A stretch of DNA of 64,000 nt from Candidatus Heimdallarchaeota archaeon (GTDB taxonomy: Archaea > Asgardarchaeota > Heimdallarchaeia > Heimdallarchaeales > Heimdallarchaeaceae). The translations under genes and the position numbers were made by a program. The notes below the pieces were generated by a model. That model worked only from the letters and a program-made list of their open reading frames with translations, was not told the DNA's origin and made no database searches. The stretch spans positions 1-64,000 of the forward strand of contig JAHLWR010000002.1 of assembly GCA_019057815.1 (NCBI GenBank), written 5' to 3'. Of this stretch, positions 29,603-38,872 are shown one piece after another (within the stretch, counting starts at the first letter, position 1; each line of letters starts with the position of its first letter).

Positions 29603-30667
29603 ATGCAAACTGCTGAACAAGTTAACCAAATTCAAAAAGAAGGGAATATTGCTGTTATAGATATTGGAATCTCTACTCAACAAATTGTTGTACTAAATCC
29701 TTACAAACCTAAAGAACCACATTCTTACCAGCGTTTGTTTTTCCCTTTAACAAAATCGATACATGGCCTTGATAAGCACTTTAAATCACTTTTCCGATCA
29801 TATGCTGATTATAGAATTAGGAAGTTTATTATCTCAATTTCAGCAGCTCCTGTTTTTAGTTCAGCTAAAGATGCAGTTGAAACAATTTTGAACATAATAA
29901 ATCAATATATTAGCCCCCAAAGAATACTCTGTTTTTCTAATGATTCAAAATTTGTATCAGTAAATGAAGCTAAAACTAACCCAACAAGTGTTGTTTCGAC
30001 TGGATGGCGATCTTTGGGAGAAGTGTTAGGAGAGCTTGTCGAAAAAGATGCTCTGGTAATTGAGTTTTCAACTAGAACAACACAAATTACACCAGTTAAA
30101 GATGGAAAAATTGTCTCGTCTTCAGCATCAAATTATGATAGAGTTAGAAATGGAGAATTATTGTTTTATGGTTTCCTGGAAACGAATATATCACATATTC
30201 AAAACAAATTTGAATTCAATAATGAAGTTTTTTTCTTACCATATGAACTTCATGCTAAAGCAGCAGATATTCTCCTTATAACTGAAGATATTCAACCTTA
30301 CCAATATATATGTGATACTCCTGATGAACTGTTCAAAACTAAAGAAGAAGCTATGAACAGACTTAGGAAAGTGTTCAACATAACTGATCCAAGTTATGAT
30401 GAACAAAAACTCAAAATTATTGCAGAAGTATTAAAAACTCACCTTTTAGATCAAATAGAAATACAAATCAAGACAAAACTTACAGAATATAATCTTCAAA
30501 ATGTTGTTATCACTGGTCTAGGAGCCAGTATCCTTAGTCACCATCTTAAATCTAAAGGATTGAATGCAAAAATCATTGAATCTGTAAATAAACTTCCTAA
30601 TACAGAAATATGTCCTGCATATTGTATAGCTTATCTTTACTCCAAGAAGTTGATTAGTAATGGTTGA
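29603..30667 (+). CDS. Hydantoinase/oxoprolinase-family ASKHA protein (MfnF/Orf9-like), divergent
   Basis: 'VIDIG', 'TTQITPVKDG', 'RVRNGELLFYG', 'TPD', 'VVITGLG', 'CPAY'. Confidence 0.7.
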   Translation: MQTAEQVNQIQKEGNIAVIDIGISTQQIVVLNPYKPKEPHSYQRLFFPLTKSIHGLDKHFKSLFRSYADYRIRKFIISISAAPVFSSAKDAVETILNIINQYISPQRILCFSNDSKFVSVNEAKTNPTSVVSTGWRSLGEVLGELVEKDALVIEFSTRTTQITPVKDGKIVSSSASNYDRVRNGELLFYGFLETNISHIQNKFEFNNEVFFLPYELHAKAADILLITEDIQPYQYICDTPDELFKTKEEAMNRLRKVFNITDPSYDEQKLKIIAEVLKTHLLDQIEIQIKTKLTEYNLQNVVITGLGASILSHHLKSKGLNAKIIESVNKLPNTEICPAYCIAYLYSKKLISNG

Positions 30668-31898
30668 AAGAACCGATTTAAGTAACAGAATTAATGTAAT
30701 GTTATTTCATTTCGATCAAAGATTAGGTCCGAGACTACTCTTCAATGTAGCCGAAGTTTCAGATCCTAGAATAACATCAGCATTAACAAGATTAATGGAT
30801 TTCAACTTTCTACAAGAGATGAAAGCGTTTGTTAATGCTATGGCAAATGTTGTCTATTCAAGTATGTTTTTCTCTGTTCCAAATCCTTTAGCAAGAGGTG
30901 GAACTGAACAGTTTATGATTTCTATCGTAATTTTCGATCCCACAATCACAGAATATTTGATGGTATCTTCGTTAGAAGAGGAAATGGAGCAAACTACAAG
31001 TAAATTGATGATGTTAACTGAATTAATAATAATCGCAAATCATTCTAATCCTTCTCTTGAAAATTTTCCTGAATTGTCAAGTGATCTTCATGATTTGAAG
31101 GATAAAGTAATTGAAGTTTTTCAAGAATTATTTTATGGTCAATTTGAGGGGAAAAAAGATGCTATTTCACAGATACTAGGAAAAATAGGTAATGAAGCGG
31201 GGAAGAAGATAATTCAAAATCATTCTACAAAAAATATAAAGTCTTCGAGAGCTTACTTAACTGAAATTTTAAAGTCCCCTAAAATTTCTAGGTGGGGGAA
31301 ATTTACAATCTTGCACTACGATCCTGAGGAACGAGTAGCAAATATATCATTAAAAAACTCTATTTGGACAGATTCATTGGGTCTAATGGCTACAAAAGCC
31401 TGTGCTTTCATTGAAGGAATGTTAGAATCACTTTTTAGTCATATTCTTGGTGAGCCCATAATTTGCAATGAGATGAGATGTGCAGCAGAGTACAGTTATG
31501 TACAAGAGTGCTATTTCCAAATAGCTCCAAGAAGAATGAATCAAGAAAAAGTTTCCTACAGAGAGGAGCAAACGATAAGGGATATGGCCCTTGAAGACAG
31601 AAGGAAGACCATTGAATTAATAGAAACAGACATGGGCAAAACAATTTTCCAAGATTTAGATCCGATGATTAGATTAATACAACTTTTCAACAAAGCACCA
31701 TTTATATCAGATTTTTATATCGATGAAACAAAATTCTTGATTGTATGTAATTATTGGAGATATCCTGATGAAATCATATGCAATTCCTGCGAAAAATGGA
31801 TAAAAGAGAAATGTAAGGAGGAAATTAAACTCGTAAAAAGTCCTCATAGAATATGTGAAATAACATATGGTTTCGAAAAAAAACCTGAAAAAAAGTAA
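30660..31898 (+). CDS. uDENN/longin-like N-domain fused to V4R domain
   Basis: 'LFHFDQRLGP' and 'ARGG' at the N-terminus; V4R 'WG...C.FIEG.L...E.RC....C.F'. Confidence 0.65.
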   Translation: MVERTDLSNRINVMLFHFDQRLGPRLLFNVAEVSDPRITSALTRLMDFNFLQEMKAFVNAMANVVYSSMFFSVPNPLARGGTEQFMISIVIFDPTITEYLMVSSLEEEMEQTTSKLMMLTELIIIANHSNPSLENFPELSSDLHDLKDKVIEVFQELFYGQFEGKKDAISQILGKIGNEAGKKIIQNHSTKNIKSSRAYLTEILKSPKISRWGKFTILHYDPEERVANISLKNSIWTDSLGLMATKACAFIEGMLESLFSHILGEPIICNEMRCAAEYSYVQECYFQIAPRRMNQEKVSYREEQTIRDMALEDRRKTIELIETDMGKTIFQDLDPMIRLIQLFNKAPFISDFYIDETKFLIVCNYWRYPDEIICNSCEKWIKEKCKEEIKLVKSPHRICEITYGFEKKPEKK

Positions 31899-31921
31899 GA
31901 AAAGAAGAGAATTTTACTCTC

Positions 31922-33613
31922 TTAATTTAAACCTATAATTTTGCCTTCTTCAGTGAAGTCCATTTTCTCTGCAGATGGTACTGGAGGTAATCCCGGTATC
32001 AAAAACATGCTTCCACAAACAGGAACAATGAATTTAGCACCAGTATAAAGACGGACTTCATCAACATTTAAGGTCCAATCCTTTGGAGCTCCCATCATAC
32101 CCACTTTATCAGTCAAACTGAGTTGGGTTTTAGCCATACAAATAGGAAAGTCAGCGTATCCAAGTTTCTCGATAGCAGTTATATCCTGTAAAGCTCTTGG
32201 GGAGTATTCAACATCAGCAGCTCCATATATCTCTTTAGAAATTTTTTCAATCTTAACTTTTATTGGATCATTAAGTTCATAGATGAATTTAACATCACCA
32301 GAACCAGTCTCAATAGCTTCTAAAACAGCGTTAGCTAGTTCAATACCACCATCACCACCTTTCATGAAGACTTCACTAACAGCAGCAGTAACGCCTATTT
32401 CAGAGCATTTATCTTTAATCCATTGGATTTCTTCGTCATTATCGAAGGGGAAACGATTGATAGCTACAACTGGAGGAATGTTGAATTTGTTGAGCATGTT
32501 GTCGAGATGCTTTTCAACATTGCAAAATCCTTTAGCAAGAGCATCAAGGTTTTTGTTCTTAGCTTCTTCAAGATCTTTTACTCCTCCATGGAGATGAAGA
32601 GCTCTAACTGTGACTACAAGCACAACAGCAGAAGGAAAAGTATCATATTGACGAGCAACAATGTCAATAAATTTCTCAAAACCCAAGTCAGCAGCAAAAC
32701 CACCCTCGGTGATTGCATAATCTGCGAGTTTGAGAGCGAGTTTAGTGCCAATAACAGATGAGTTGCCATGAGCAATATTAGCGAAAGGTCCGCAGTGAAT
32801 AAAGCCTGGTACTCCTTCAAAGTTTTGTACAAGGTTTGGTTTTATTGCGTCTTTGAGTATTAGTGTCATAGCTCCTACTGCTTTTAAATCCCTTGCATAT
32901 ACTGCTTTATCATCGTATGTATACCCTACTAGTATACTTCCTAGTCTTTCCTTAAGTTCTTTAACATCTACAGATAATGCTAATAGGGCCATTATTTCTG
33001 AAGCAGCGGTTATAACAAAACCAGTGTTTCTTATTTCCCCACCTAACCTTCTTCCGCCAAGTCCGATGATGATATTTCTTAGTGCTCTATCATTTGCATC
33101 GATGGTTCTTGGCCATGTAACTTTTGTTGGATCCAGTTCTAGTTTGTTTCCCTTTGTTAGGTGATTATCAAGCAAAGCAGCCAGTAAATTATGAGCTGCG
33201 GTTATTGCGTGAATATCGCCTGTAAAATGTAGATTTATATCCCACATTGGAAAAACTTGCGATTGTCCTCCACCAGTTGCACCTCCTTTAATACCAAAGG
33301 TCGGTCCCATACTTGGTTCTCTTAATGCAAACATCACTTTTTTGCCTATCTTTTGTAAAGCTTGGGAAAGACCTATTGTTGTGACAGTTTTTCCTTCTCC
33401 TGCTCTTGAAGCAGTCATTGCTGTCACAAAAATTAATTTCCCATTAGGTTTATTTGAATTAAGTATTCTTAGCATTGTATCATACGATAGTTTAGATACA
33501 TACTTACCAAATTGCTCAAGGTCATCTTCTTCTAGGCCTATTTTTTTAGCAATCTCTCTAATATTTTTCATTTCTTTTTGCTTTTCTTGTGCAATCTCTA
33601 TGTCAGCTTTCAT
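31922..33613 (-). CDS. fhs: Formate--tetrahydrofolate ligase
   Basis: 'GEGKT', 'LREPSMGP.FGIKGGATGGG', 'GPFANIAHG', 'CMAKTQ'. Confidence 0.97.
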   Translation of the reverse strand: MKADIEIAQEKQKEMKNIREIAKKIGLEEDDLEQFGKYVSKLSYDTMLRILNSNKPNGKLIFVTAMTASRAGEGKTVTTIGLSQALQKIGKKVMFALREPSMGPTFGIKGGATGGGQSQVFPMWDINLHFTGDIHAITAAHNLLAALLDNHLTKGNKLELDPTKVTWPRTIDANDRALRNIIIGLGGRRLGGEIRNTGFVITAASEIMALLALSVDVKELKERLGSILVGYTYDDKAVYARDLKAVGAMTLILKDAIKPNLVQNFEGVPGFIHCGPFANIAHGNSSVIGTKLALKLADYAITEGGFAADLGFEKFIDIVARQYDTFPSAVVLVVTVRALHLHGGVKDLEEAKNKNLDALAKGFCNVEKHLDNMLNKFNIPPVVAINRFPFDNDEEIQWIKDKCSEIGVTAAVSEVFMKGGDGGIELANAVLEAIETGSGDVKFIYELNDPIKVKIEKISKEIYGAADVEYSPRALQDITAIEKLGYADFPICMAKTQLSLTDKVGMMGAPKDWTLNVDEVRLYTGAKFIVPVCGSMFLIPGLPPVPSAEKMDFTEEGKIIGLN

Positions 33614-33875
33614 AGTAATCATCATCGATTTCTGTTAATTCAATTTTTTTTGTGTTCTTTATATTAAAAAATATTTGTATCTATATTCAAAAAAAAATAA
33701 TTTTAATTTTGTAAAAATATACCTTCTACCTTATTTTGCACAATATCCAAAGTGGATGAATTACACCAACTTGAAGGAAGGAGACTTCTGTTATGTTCAG
33801 TTAAATAGATATATTCTAAAATGCCCATTCCTAGATAGTCATAGAAGTAGTGATGCCCAGTTTGAGTGTTTAATC

Positions 33876-34817
33876 ATGAAATGTGACTATCCTAATTGCA
33901 AATCTGATGAAGTGATACTTTTCTATTGCTCTTACTGTAAGGGTTCTTTTTGCCCGTCTCACAAAGATTCTATTACTCACAATTGCAAAGCGTTTACGCA
34001 ACAGACAGGAACAACGCGTCCAACCCCCCAAAGCTCAACATCTCAAACACCGACACCACAAGATGTTATGAGAGCATTTGCATATCAAGTTTCAAGAGCT
34101 GTTGGAGCACAACAATCTCAAACACGAACTCAAGCACCTCCTATGGATGAAAAGGCTAGAAAGAAGTTTATAGAGAAAAAATTAACGGAAAGAGGAGATC
34201 TTTTTTCTTTTGGTAGTGAAATAATAGACATCTTGTTTGGATTTGCTTTGATTGTTCTTGTATTCGGGTTCTTCAGATATGCAAGAACACAAGAATGGAC
34301 AGGATTTGTAGTATCTGGAATCCTTGTTGCAACAGCTTTTCTACCTCATGAACTCGCTCATAAATTTGAAGCTATTAGGAGAGGACAATTCGCGCGATAC
34401 ATTTTGTGGGTTCGTGGAATGATGTTTACCTTAATTACTCTCATTTTTGGTATAGGGTTAATTGTTCCTGGATTTGTTGCAATTGTACCTTTAACTCGAC
34501 AAATGAATAAGAAAGACTTAGGTATTATTGCTTTAGCTGGTCCCGCAATAAATGTTGTTATAGGCGTGGTAAGCTTGGTAATTGGTTTACTTACCCACTT
34601 TGCAATCATCCCATTCAGTGGTCTTTTCTCAGATCCTAACATTTTCATTCAAATTGCTCAATTTAACGCTTTAATAGCACTTTTCAATTGCATCCCTATC
34701 TGGCAGTTGGATGGGGCTAAGATTTTAAAATGGAACAAAGTGATCTTTTTTGTCTTAATACTAGCAAATATAGCAATTGCAGTCCCAACATTTATTTTGA
34801 ATCCTGATCTTTTTTAA
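33876..34817 (+). CDS. AN1-type zinc finger fused to M50 site-2 protease
   Basis: 'CDYPNC...CSYCKGSFCPSH.....HNC'; HELAH; 'NCIPIWQLDG'; start ATG 33876. Confidence 0.88.
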   Translation: MKCDYPNCKSDEVILFYCSYCKGSFCPSHKDSITHNCKAFTQQTGTTRPTPQSSTSQTPTPQDVMRAFAYQVSRAVGAQQSQTRTQAPPMDEKARKKFIEKKLTERGDLFSFGSEIIDILFGFALIVLVFGFFRYARTQEWTGFVVSGILVATAFLPHELAHKFEAIRRGQFARYILWVRGMMFTLITLIFGIGLIVPGFVAIVPLTRQMNKKDLGIIALAGPAINVVIGVVSLVIGLLTHFAIIPFSGLFSDPNIFIQIAQFNALIALFNCIPIWQLDGAKILKWNKVIFFVLILANIAIAVPTFILNPDLF

Positions 34818-34874
34818 TCAATTTTCCAAAAATGATTAAAACAAAAAGTAATAATAGTTATTTAGTTTAGTTAA

Positions 34875-34939
34875 GTAAAGGATGAACAAGGCATTGCTGA
34901 GAGCATAGCTCAATGACGAATCATAGTTAATCTGATTAT
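34875..34939 (+). ncRNA. Box C/D guide sRNA targeting 23S rRNA helices 69 and 71
   Basis: C AGGAUGA; guide ACAAGGCAUUG; D' CUGA; GAGC-AUA-GCUC hairpin; C' AUGACGA; guide AUCAUAGUUAAU; D CUGA. Confidence 0.85.
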
Positions 34940-35985
34940 CCTTGAATTATTGGATCTATTTCTCTAAGCTCTTTAAGGTTCCTTGCCCCTAGCAAAGCCA
35001 TAACACATTTCATTTCAGTTACATAACTTAATAAATAGGTTCTGAGAGCTTTTTCTCCTCCCCCATTAATAGCTTTAAGAATAGGTAATGCTAAAGAAAC
35101 ATAATCTGCTCCCAGAAGCAAGGCTTTAATCGCTTCAATTCCAGTCCATATTCCCCCAGAAGCGATTATTTTAACATTTTTTTTATTTTCAACGGATTTA
35201 ATATTGAGAATACTCTCTGCCGTAGAAACACCCCAATTCAAGAATTCAGATGACATTAGCTTAATGGAAGGATCAGGATTACGGTAAGTTTCTATTTTCA
35301 CCCAATTTGTTCCTCCTGCTCCAGCAACATCAACAGCATAAATGTCTAATGACATCAAATATTCAGCATCTTTCTTTGATATACCACTTCCTACTCCTTT
35401 AATTATGAGTGGATATTTTAGTTCTTTAATTAACTGTGAAATACTTTTCTTTAAATTCGAAAAATCCTTGTTACCTTCAGATTGTAGAAACTCTTGTTGG
35501 ATATTTACATGCAAAGCTAAACCATCTGCCTTTATCATAGTAATTGCATTTTCCGCATCATTTACATCATACTCATCTATAAATTGACCAATGCCTAGAT
35601 TAGCTAGAAGAGGAATATCAGAAGCGATATGTCTAACTTGATATGTTGTAACTAATTCAGGATTTTCAATAGCAGCACGTTGACTACCTACACCCATTCC
35701 TATAGAAAACTCTTGACAAATTTCCCCTATAATTTCGTTGATTTTTTTTCCTTTTCTGGAACCGCCTGTAATTCCAGATATTAGAATAGGAAAATTAATG
35801 GTTTTATTCAAGAATTTGGTTTCAAGATTAATATCATTTACTGAAAGTTCTTCGAACAAAGAAGGTCGTATTTGTACTTTCTCTAATCCATTAGACATTC
35901 CTTCATACACAACATTGTTTTCCAAACAAATGCGTATATGCTCTTCTTTTCTTCTTGAAATATCTGAAAGAGGTTCTTCATCCAT
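34936..35985 (-). CDS. fni: Type 2 isopentenyl-diphosphate isomerase (FMN-dependent)
   Basis: 'RKEEHI', 'GITGG', 'GVGSQR', 'DVAGAGGTNW', 'IASGG'. Confidence 0.95.
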   Translation of the reverse strand: MDEEPLSDISRRKEEHIRICLENNVVYEGMSNGLEKVQIRPSLFEELSVNDINLETKFLNKTINFPILISGITGGSRKGKKINEIIGEICQEFSIGMGVGSQRAAIENPELVTTYQVRHIASDIPLLANLGIGQFIDEYDVNDAENAITMIKADGLALHVNIQQEFLQSEGNKDFSNLKKSISQLIKELKYPLIIKGVGSGISKKDAEYLMSLDIYAVDVAGAGGTNWVKIETYRNPDPSIKLMSSEFLNWGVSTAESILNIKSVENKKNVKIIASGGIWTGIEAIKALLLGADYVSLALPILKAINGGGEKALRTYLLSYVTEMKCVMALLGARNLKELREIDPIIQG

Positions 35986-36117
35986 TATTTAAAGTCACTG
36001 AAAAGAAGAATAAAAAGGTTGAGCTTCATTATAACAAATTTTTATCTCCTTGTCAACTAAGGAAAGAGAAAGAGAGAAAAGGTAGGGATTACATAGGAAA
36101 AAAAGTAACAATAAGTT

Positions 36118-36330
36118 ATGATTGTTGTTCTCTGGACAGAAGTGATGGAGGTAACCAGCAATTCAGTATTGAGTGAACTTTGTCATCAGGCTAAAAATAT
36201 CTACAATCGAGCGAACTATCTGTAAAGACAAGGACAGCTATAACAGGGAAAATTTCTTTCCTATTATGACTTGGACAGGAAGATGAAGAAGGGAGAATGT
36301 TACACTATCCCTCCTGCCCATACTGCTTAA
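36118..36330 (+). mobile_element. tnpB: Second IS605-family tnpB remnant (N-terminal fragment with stops)
   Basis: Frame absent from ORF track: 'LSELCHQAKNIYNRANYL*RQ...FLSYYDLDRKMK...YTIPPAHTA*'. Confidence 0.75.
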
Positions 36331-36510
36331 CATAGTAGGAGAGTATGAAATGTACATCCTTAGAGTGAGCTATCCAGCGATGACCATCTACGAAAGACTC
36401 TGTTAGGAGATAAGGAGACAGAATCATATCACGACTAAGAACGAGGTACAAAGTTCAAAAAAGAATGGTTCAAAGGATAAAACCTTTATAGTAAAAGAAA
36501 AAACTCATTG

Positions 36511-36789
36511 ATGATGCATATGGAATTTTGCCCAAAGTGCGGGAAACTCCTAATACCTAAAAAGGAGGGTAAAATTAAGAAACTTGTCTGTCCTAACCCT
36601 AAATGTGATTTCGAACAGAAATTAGACTCTGATGTTTCGTACGAAGTTTCTGATAAAGTTAAACACAAAGCTAGTGATATAACTGAAGTGGTTGATGCTG
36701 AAGAGAGTGAAGACTTATCAGAAGAAGAATTAGTGGAAAGAAGAGAACGTTTTATAGAAAACATTGATCTTTATGAGACAGATAATTAA
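36511..36789 (+). CDS. RpoM/TFS-like protein with only the N-terminal Zn ribbon and an acidic tail
   Basis: 'MEFCPKCGKLLIP...LVCPNPKCDF'; no second Zn ribbon. Confidence 0.75.
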   Translation: MMHMEFCPKCGKLLIPKKEGKIKKLVCPNPKCDFEQKLDSDVSYEVSDKVKHKASDITEVVDAEESEDLSEEELVERRERFIENIDLYETDN

Positions 36790-36815
36790 CTAACAGCTCA
36801 ATAGAGGCTTTTTTT

Positions 36816-37742
36816 ATGCGTTGTGTATTGATAAGATTCTCTGAAATAGCTATCAAAGGAGCCAAGACAAGAAAAAGATTTACAAATATTTTGATTAATC
36901 ATCTCAAATATGTTCTCTTCAATCTTTACAACATCACCAACTTTGATGTAAAGAACCTATACAGTCGTATACTAGTTAGCTCAGAAAACAATGTACAAGT
37001 AAATAACATCGTAGCATCTTGTATACCTGGTGTTGTTAGTACAAGCATTGTTCATAAGACTTCTACAGAAACTGAGAATATTAACGAAATAATCACAAAT
37101 CACTATTTGGATAAAATAGGTAAGAAAAAAGCTTTTGCTGTTCGAGTGAAGCGAACAGGAAATCACACTTTTTCTAGTATAGAATTTGCAGCAAATATTG
37201 GTAGTTTTATTTATGATAGCTTTCCAGAAGGAAAGTTAAAAGTCGATTTAACCAATCCTGAGTACGTTCTATATTTAGATATTAGAGGAGAAGACACATA
37301 TATTTTTGATCACAAAACAGAGGGATTAGGAGGAATACCAGCTGGAAGTCAAGGAAATGTTCTAGTTCTTATTTCTGAGGAAGAAGAAGATTTATCAAAT
37401 ATCTTACAATTATACAAAAGAGGAGCTAATACACTAATATATTCACTGAAACCAGAAAAGGAATATTCAGAATCTTTTCTTCAACATTTAAAGTGGTTAA
37501 TCAAACTCCAACCTGTTTTAAAGAAAAAGGAGCAACCTATTTATTTTCCTCTCAAAAATTCCGATATCAGAAATATTCTCAAGGTTTATGAGTACAATAA
37601 GTGTTTTGGGATAGCATTAACTGCAAAAATGTTCGAAACCTATACTTCGCTTTTTCCTGTAAAAATACCACTATTTGTCCCTCATTTAGTCACAAGAATA
37701 CAAAAAGGTGAATTAGAAAGAATATTTTCTTTTATTCAGTAA
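36816..37742 (+). CDS. THUMP-domain ThiI-like protein with degenerate PP-loop
   Basis: 'IRFSEIAIKG', 'FAVRVKRTG.H.FSS', 'VDL.NP', 'GLGGIPAGSQG'; SGGxDS replaced by SEEEED. Confidence 0.8.
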   Translation: MRCVLIRFSEIAIKGAKTRKRFTNILINHLKYVLFNLYNITNFDVKNLYSRILVSSENNVQVNNIVASCIPGVVSTSIVHKTSTETENINEIITNHYLDKIGKKKAFAVRVKRTGNHTFSSIEFAANIGSFIYDSFPEGKLKVDLTNPEYVLYLDIRGEDTYIFDHKTEGLGGIPAGSQGNVLVLISEEEEDLSNILQLYKRGANTLIYSLKPEKEYSESFLQHLKWLIKLQPVLKKKEQPIYFPLKNSDIRNILKVYEYNKCFGIALTAKMFETYTSLFPVKIPLFVPHLVTRIQKGELERIFSFIQ

Positions 37743-38349
37743 TTTTCTTTCGTTCAATTTTCCCGTTGGGAGAAGATTCTGCGAAAACAACACCTTGAAA
37801 TTTTTCAACAATAATTTTCTCTTTTAGCCAAATTTTCTCTTTTAGCCAAGCTTTTCGACATGTATAGGATAAATATTCCTCTTTATCCCACCCTTGCTCA
37901 ACAGGCACTTGGGGTAATAACAATCCTCTATTTGATTTATGTTGAACAATAAGACCATCTCTTCCTATTTCAATTTGGTCGAGCAATTCTTGAGGGGAAA
38001 TATAATTTATTTTTTCTGGGGGAGTTAATACTGTTACTTCGAATATTAAAGAATCCAGTTCAGCAGTTTTCACAGGTGGAAAACGAGGATCGTTTAGAGT
38101 AGAATCTCTAGCTAAATCTATTACTTCTTCATATAAGGGAGCAATTCCTAATGGATACCCAATACACCCTCTTAAATCCGAACTTTCCCCTACAACCTTC
38201 CTAACTGTTACAAAAACCCCAGTCGTAAGTTTAGCTTGTTTTTCTATGGGTTTAAGAGGTTCAGGTTTTTTTCCTTCCTTTATCCACTCTTTAGCTGCAA
38301 AACGAGCTAATCTCACTAAATATTCCCCAGTTTCAGTTTTTACATCCAT
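37732..38349 (-). CDS. AMMECR1-domain protein
   Basis: 'GVFVT', 'LRGCIG', 'DPRFPP', 'GLLLPQV'. Confidence 0.93.
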   Translation of the reverse strand: MDVKTETGEYLVRLARFAAKEWIKEGKKPEPLKPIEKQAKLTTGVFVTVRKVVGESSDLRGCIGYPLGIAPLYEEVIDLARDSTLNDPRFPPVKTAELDSLIFEVTVLTPPEKINYISPQELLDQIEIGRDGLIVQHKSNRGLLLPQVPVEQGWDKEEYLSYTCRKAWLKEKIWLKEKIIVEKFQGVVFAESSPNGKIERKKITE

Positions 38350-38353
38350 ATGA

Positions 38354-38818
38354 TCACGTTTTTACGTTTTCCAATATGGCTTTAATATTTTCCCAATGTC
38401 TTCCTACCCAATAAATTTTCTTACAGTTTGTGCACTCCCAAAATTCATTATAATACTTGGCAGTTCCTTTGGGAATACGAGAAATAATTTTATCTTTGGC
38501 TTTTTTTTCCAAAATTCCATTACAAGCACTGCATCTTGAAAATCCGGGGTCGGTGGGATAACCCATTTCAAGTTCTTGTTTAAGTATCTTTAAGTGGTTT
38601 GTAATACCTTCATTCCCAATATTTAAGGCTTTTACACCTAATTTTTTGCTCTTCTCTAGAAGTGATTTAGATCTCGATAGAATAATTCTATCTTCAGATA
38701 AGGATTGTATTAGCATTTCTTTCTCTGTTTCATTGAATCTGTATAGAGTATCATACCCAAAAAATCTAAGAAATCGTGCAAGTTTGCCTAACATGCAATC
38801 TATATAGAATTTGTACAT
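38354..38818 (-). CDS. Mut7-C RNase domain protein
   Basis: 'DCMLGKLARFLRFFGYD', 'SRCSACNG', 'CTNCKKIYWVGRH'. Confidence 0.9.
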   Translation of the reverse strand: MYKFYIDCMLGKLARFLRFFGYDTLYRFNETEKEMLIQSLSEDRIILSRSKSLLEKSKKLGVKALNIGNEGITNHLKILKQELEMGYPTDPGFSRCSACNGILEKKAKDKIISRIPKGTAKYYNEFWECTNCKKIYWVGRHWENIKAILENVKT

Positions 38819-38872
38819 TAGTTTACTCCCTTGCAAATTTATGTTGTTAAGCTATCACAATTAAGAATACAA

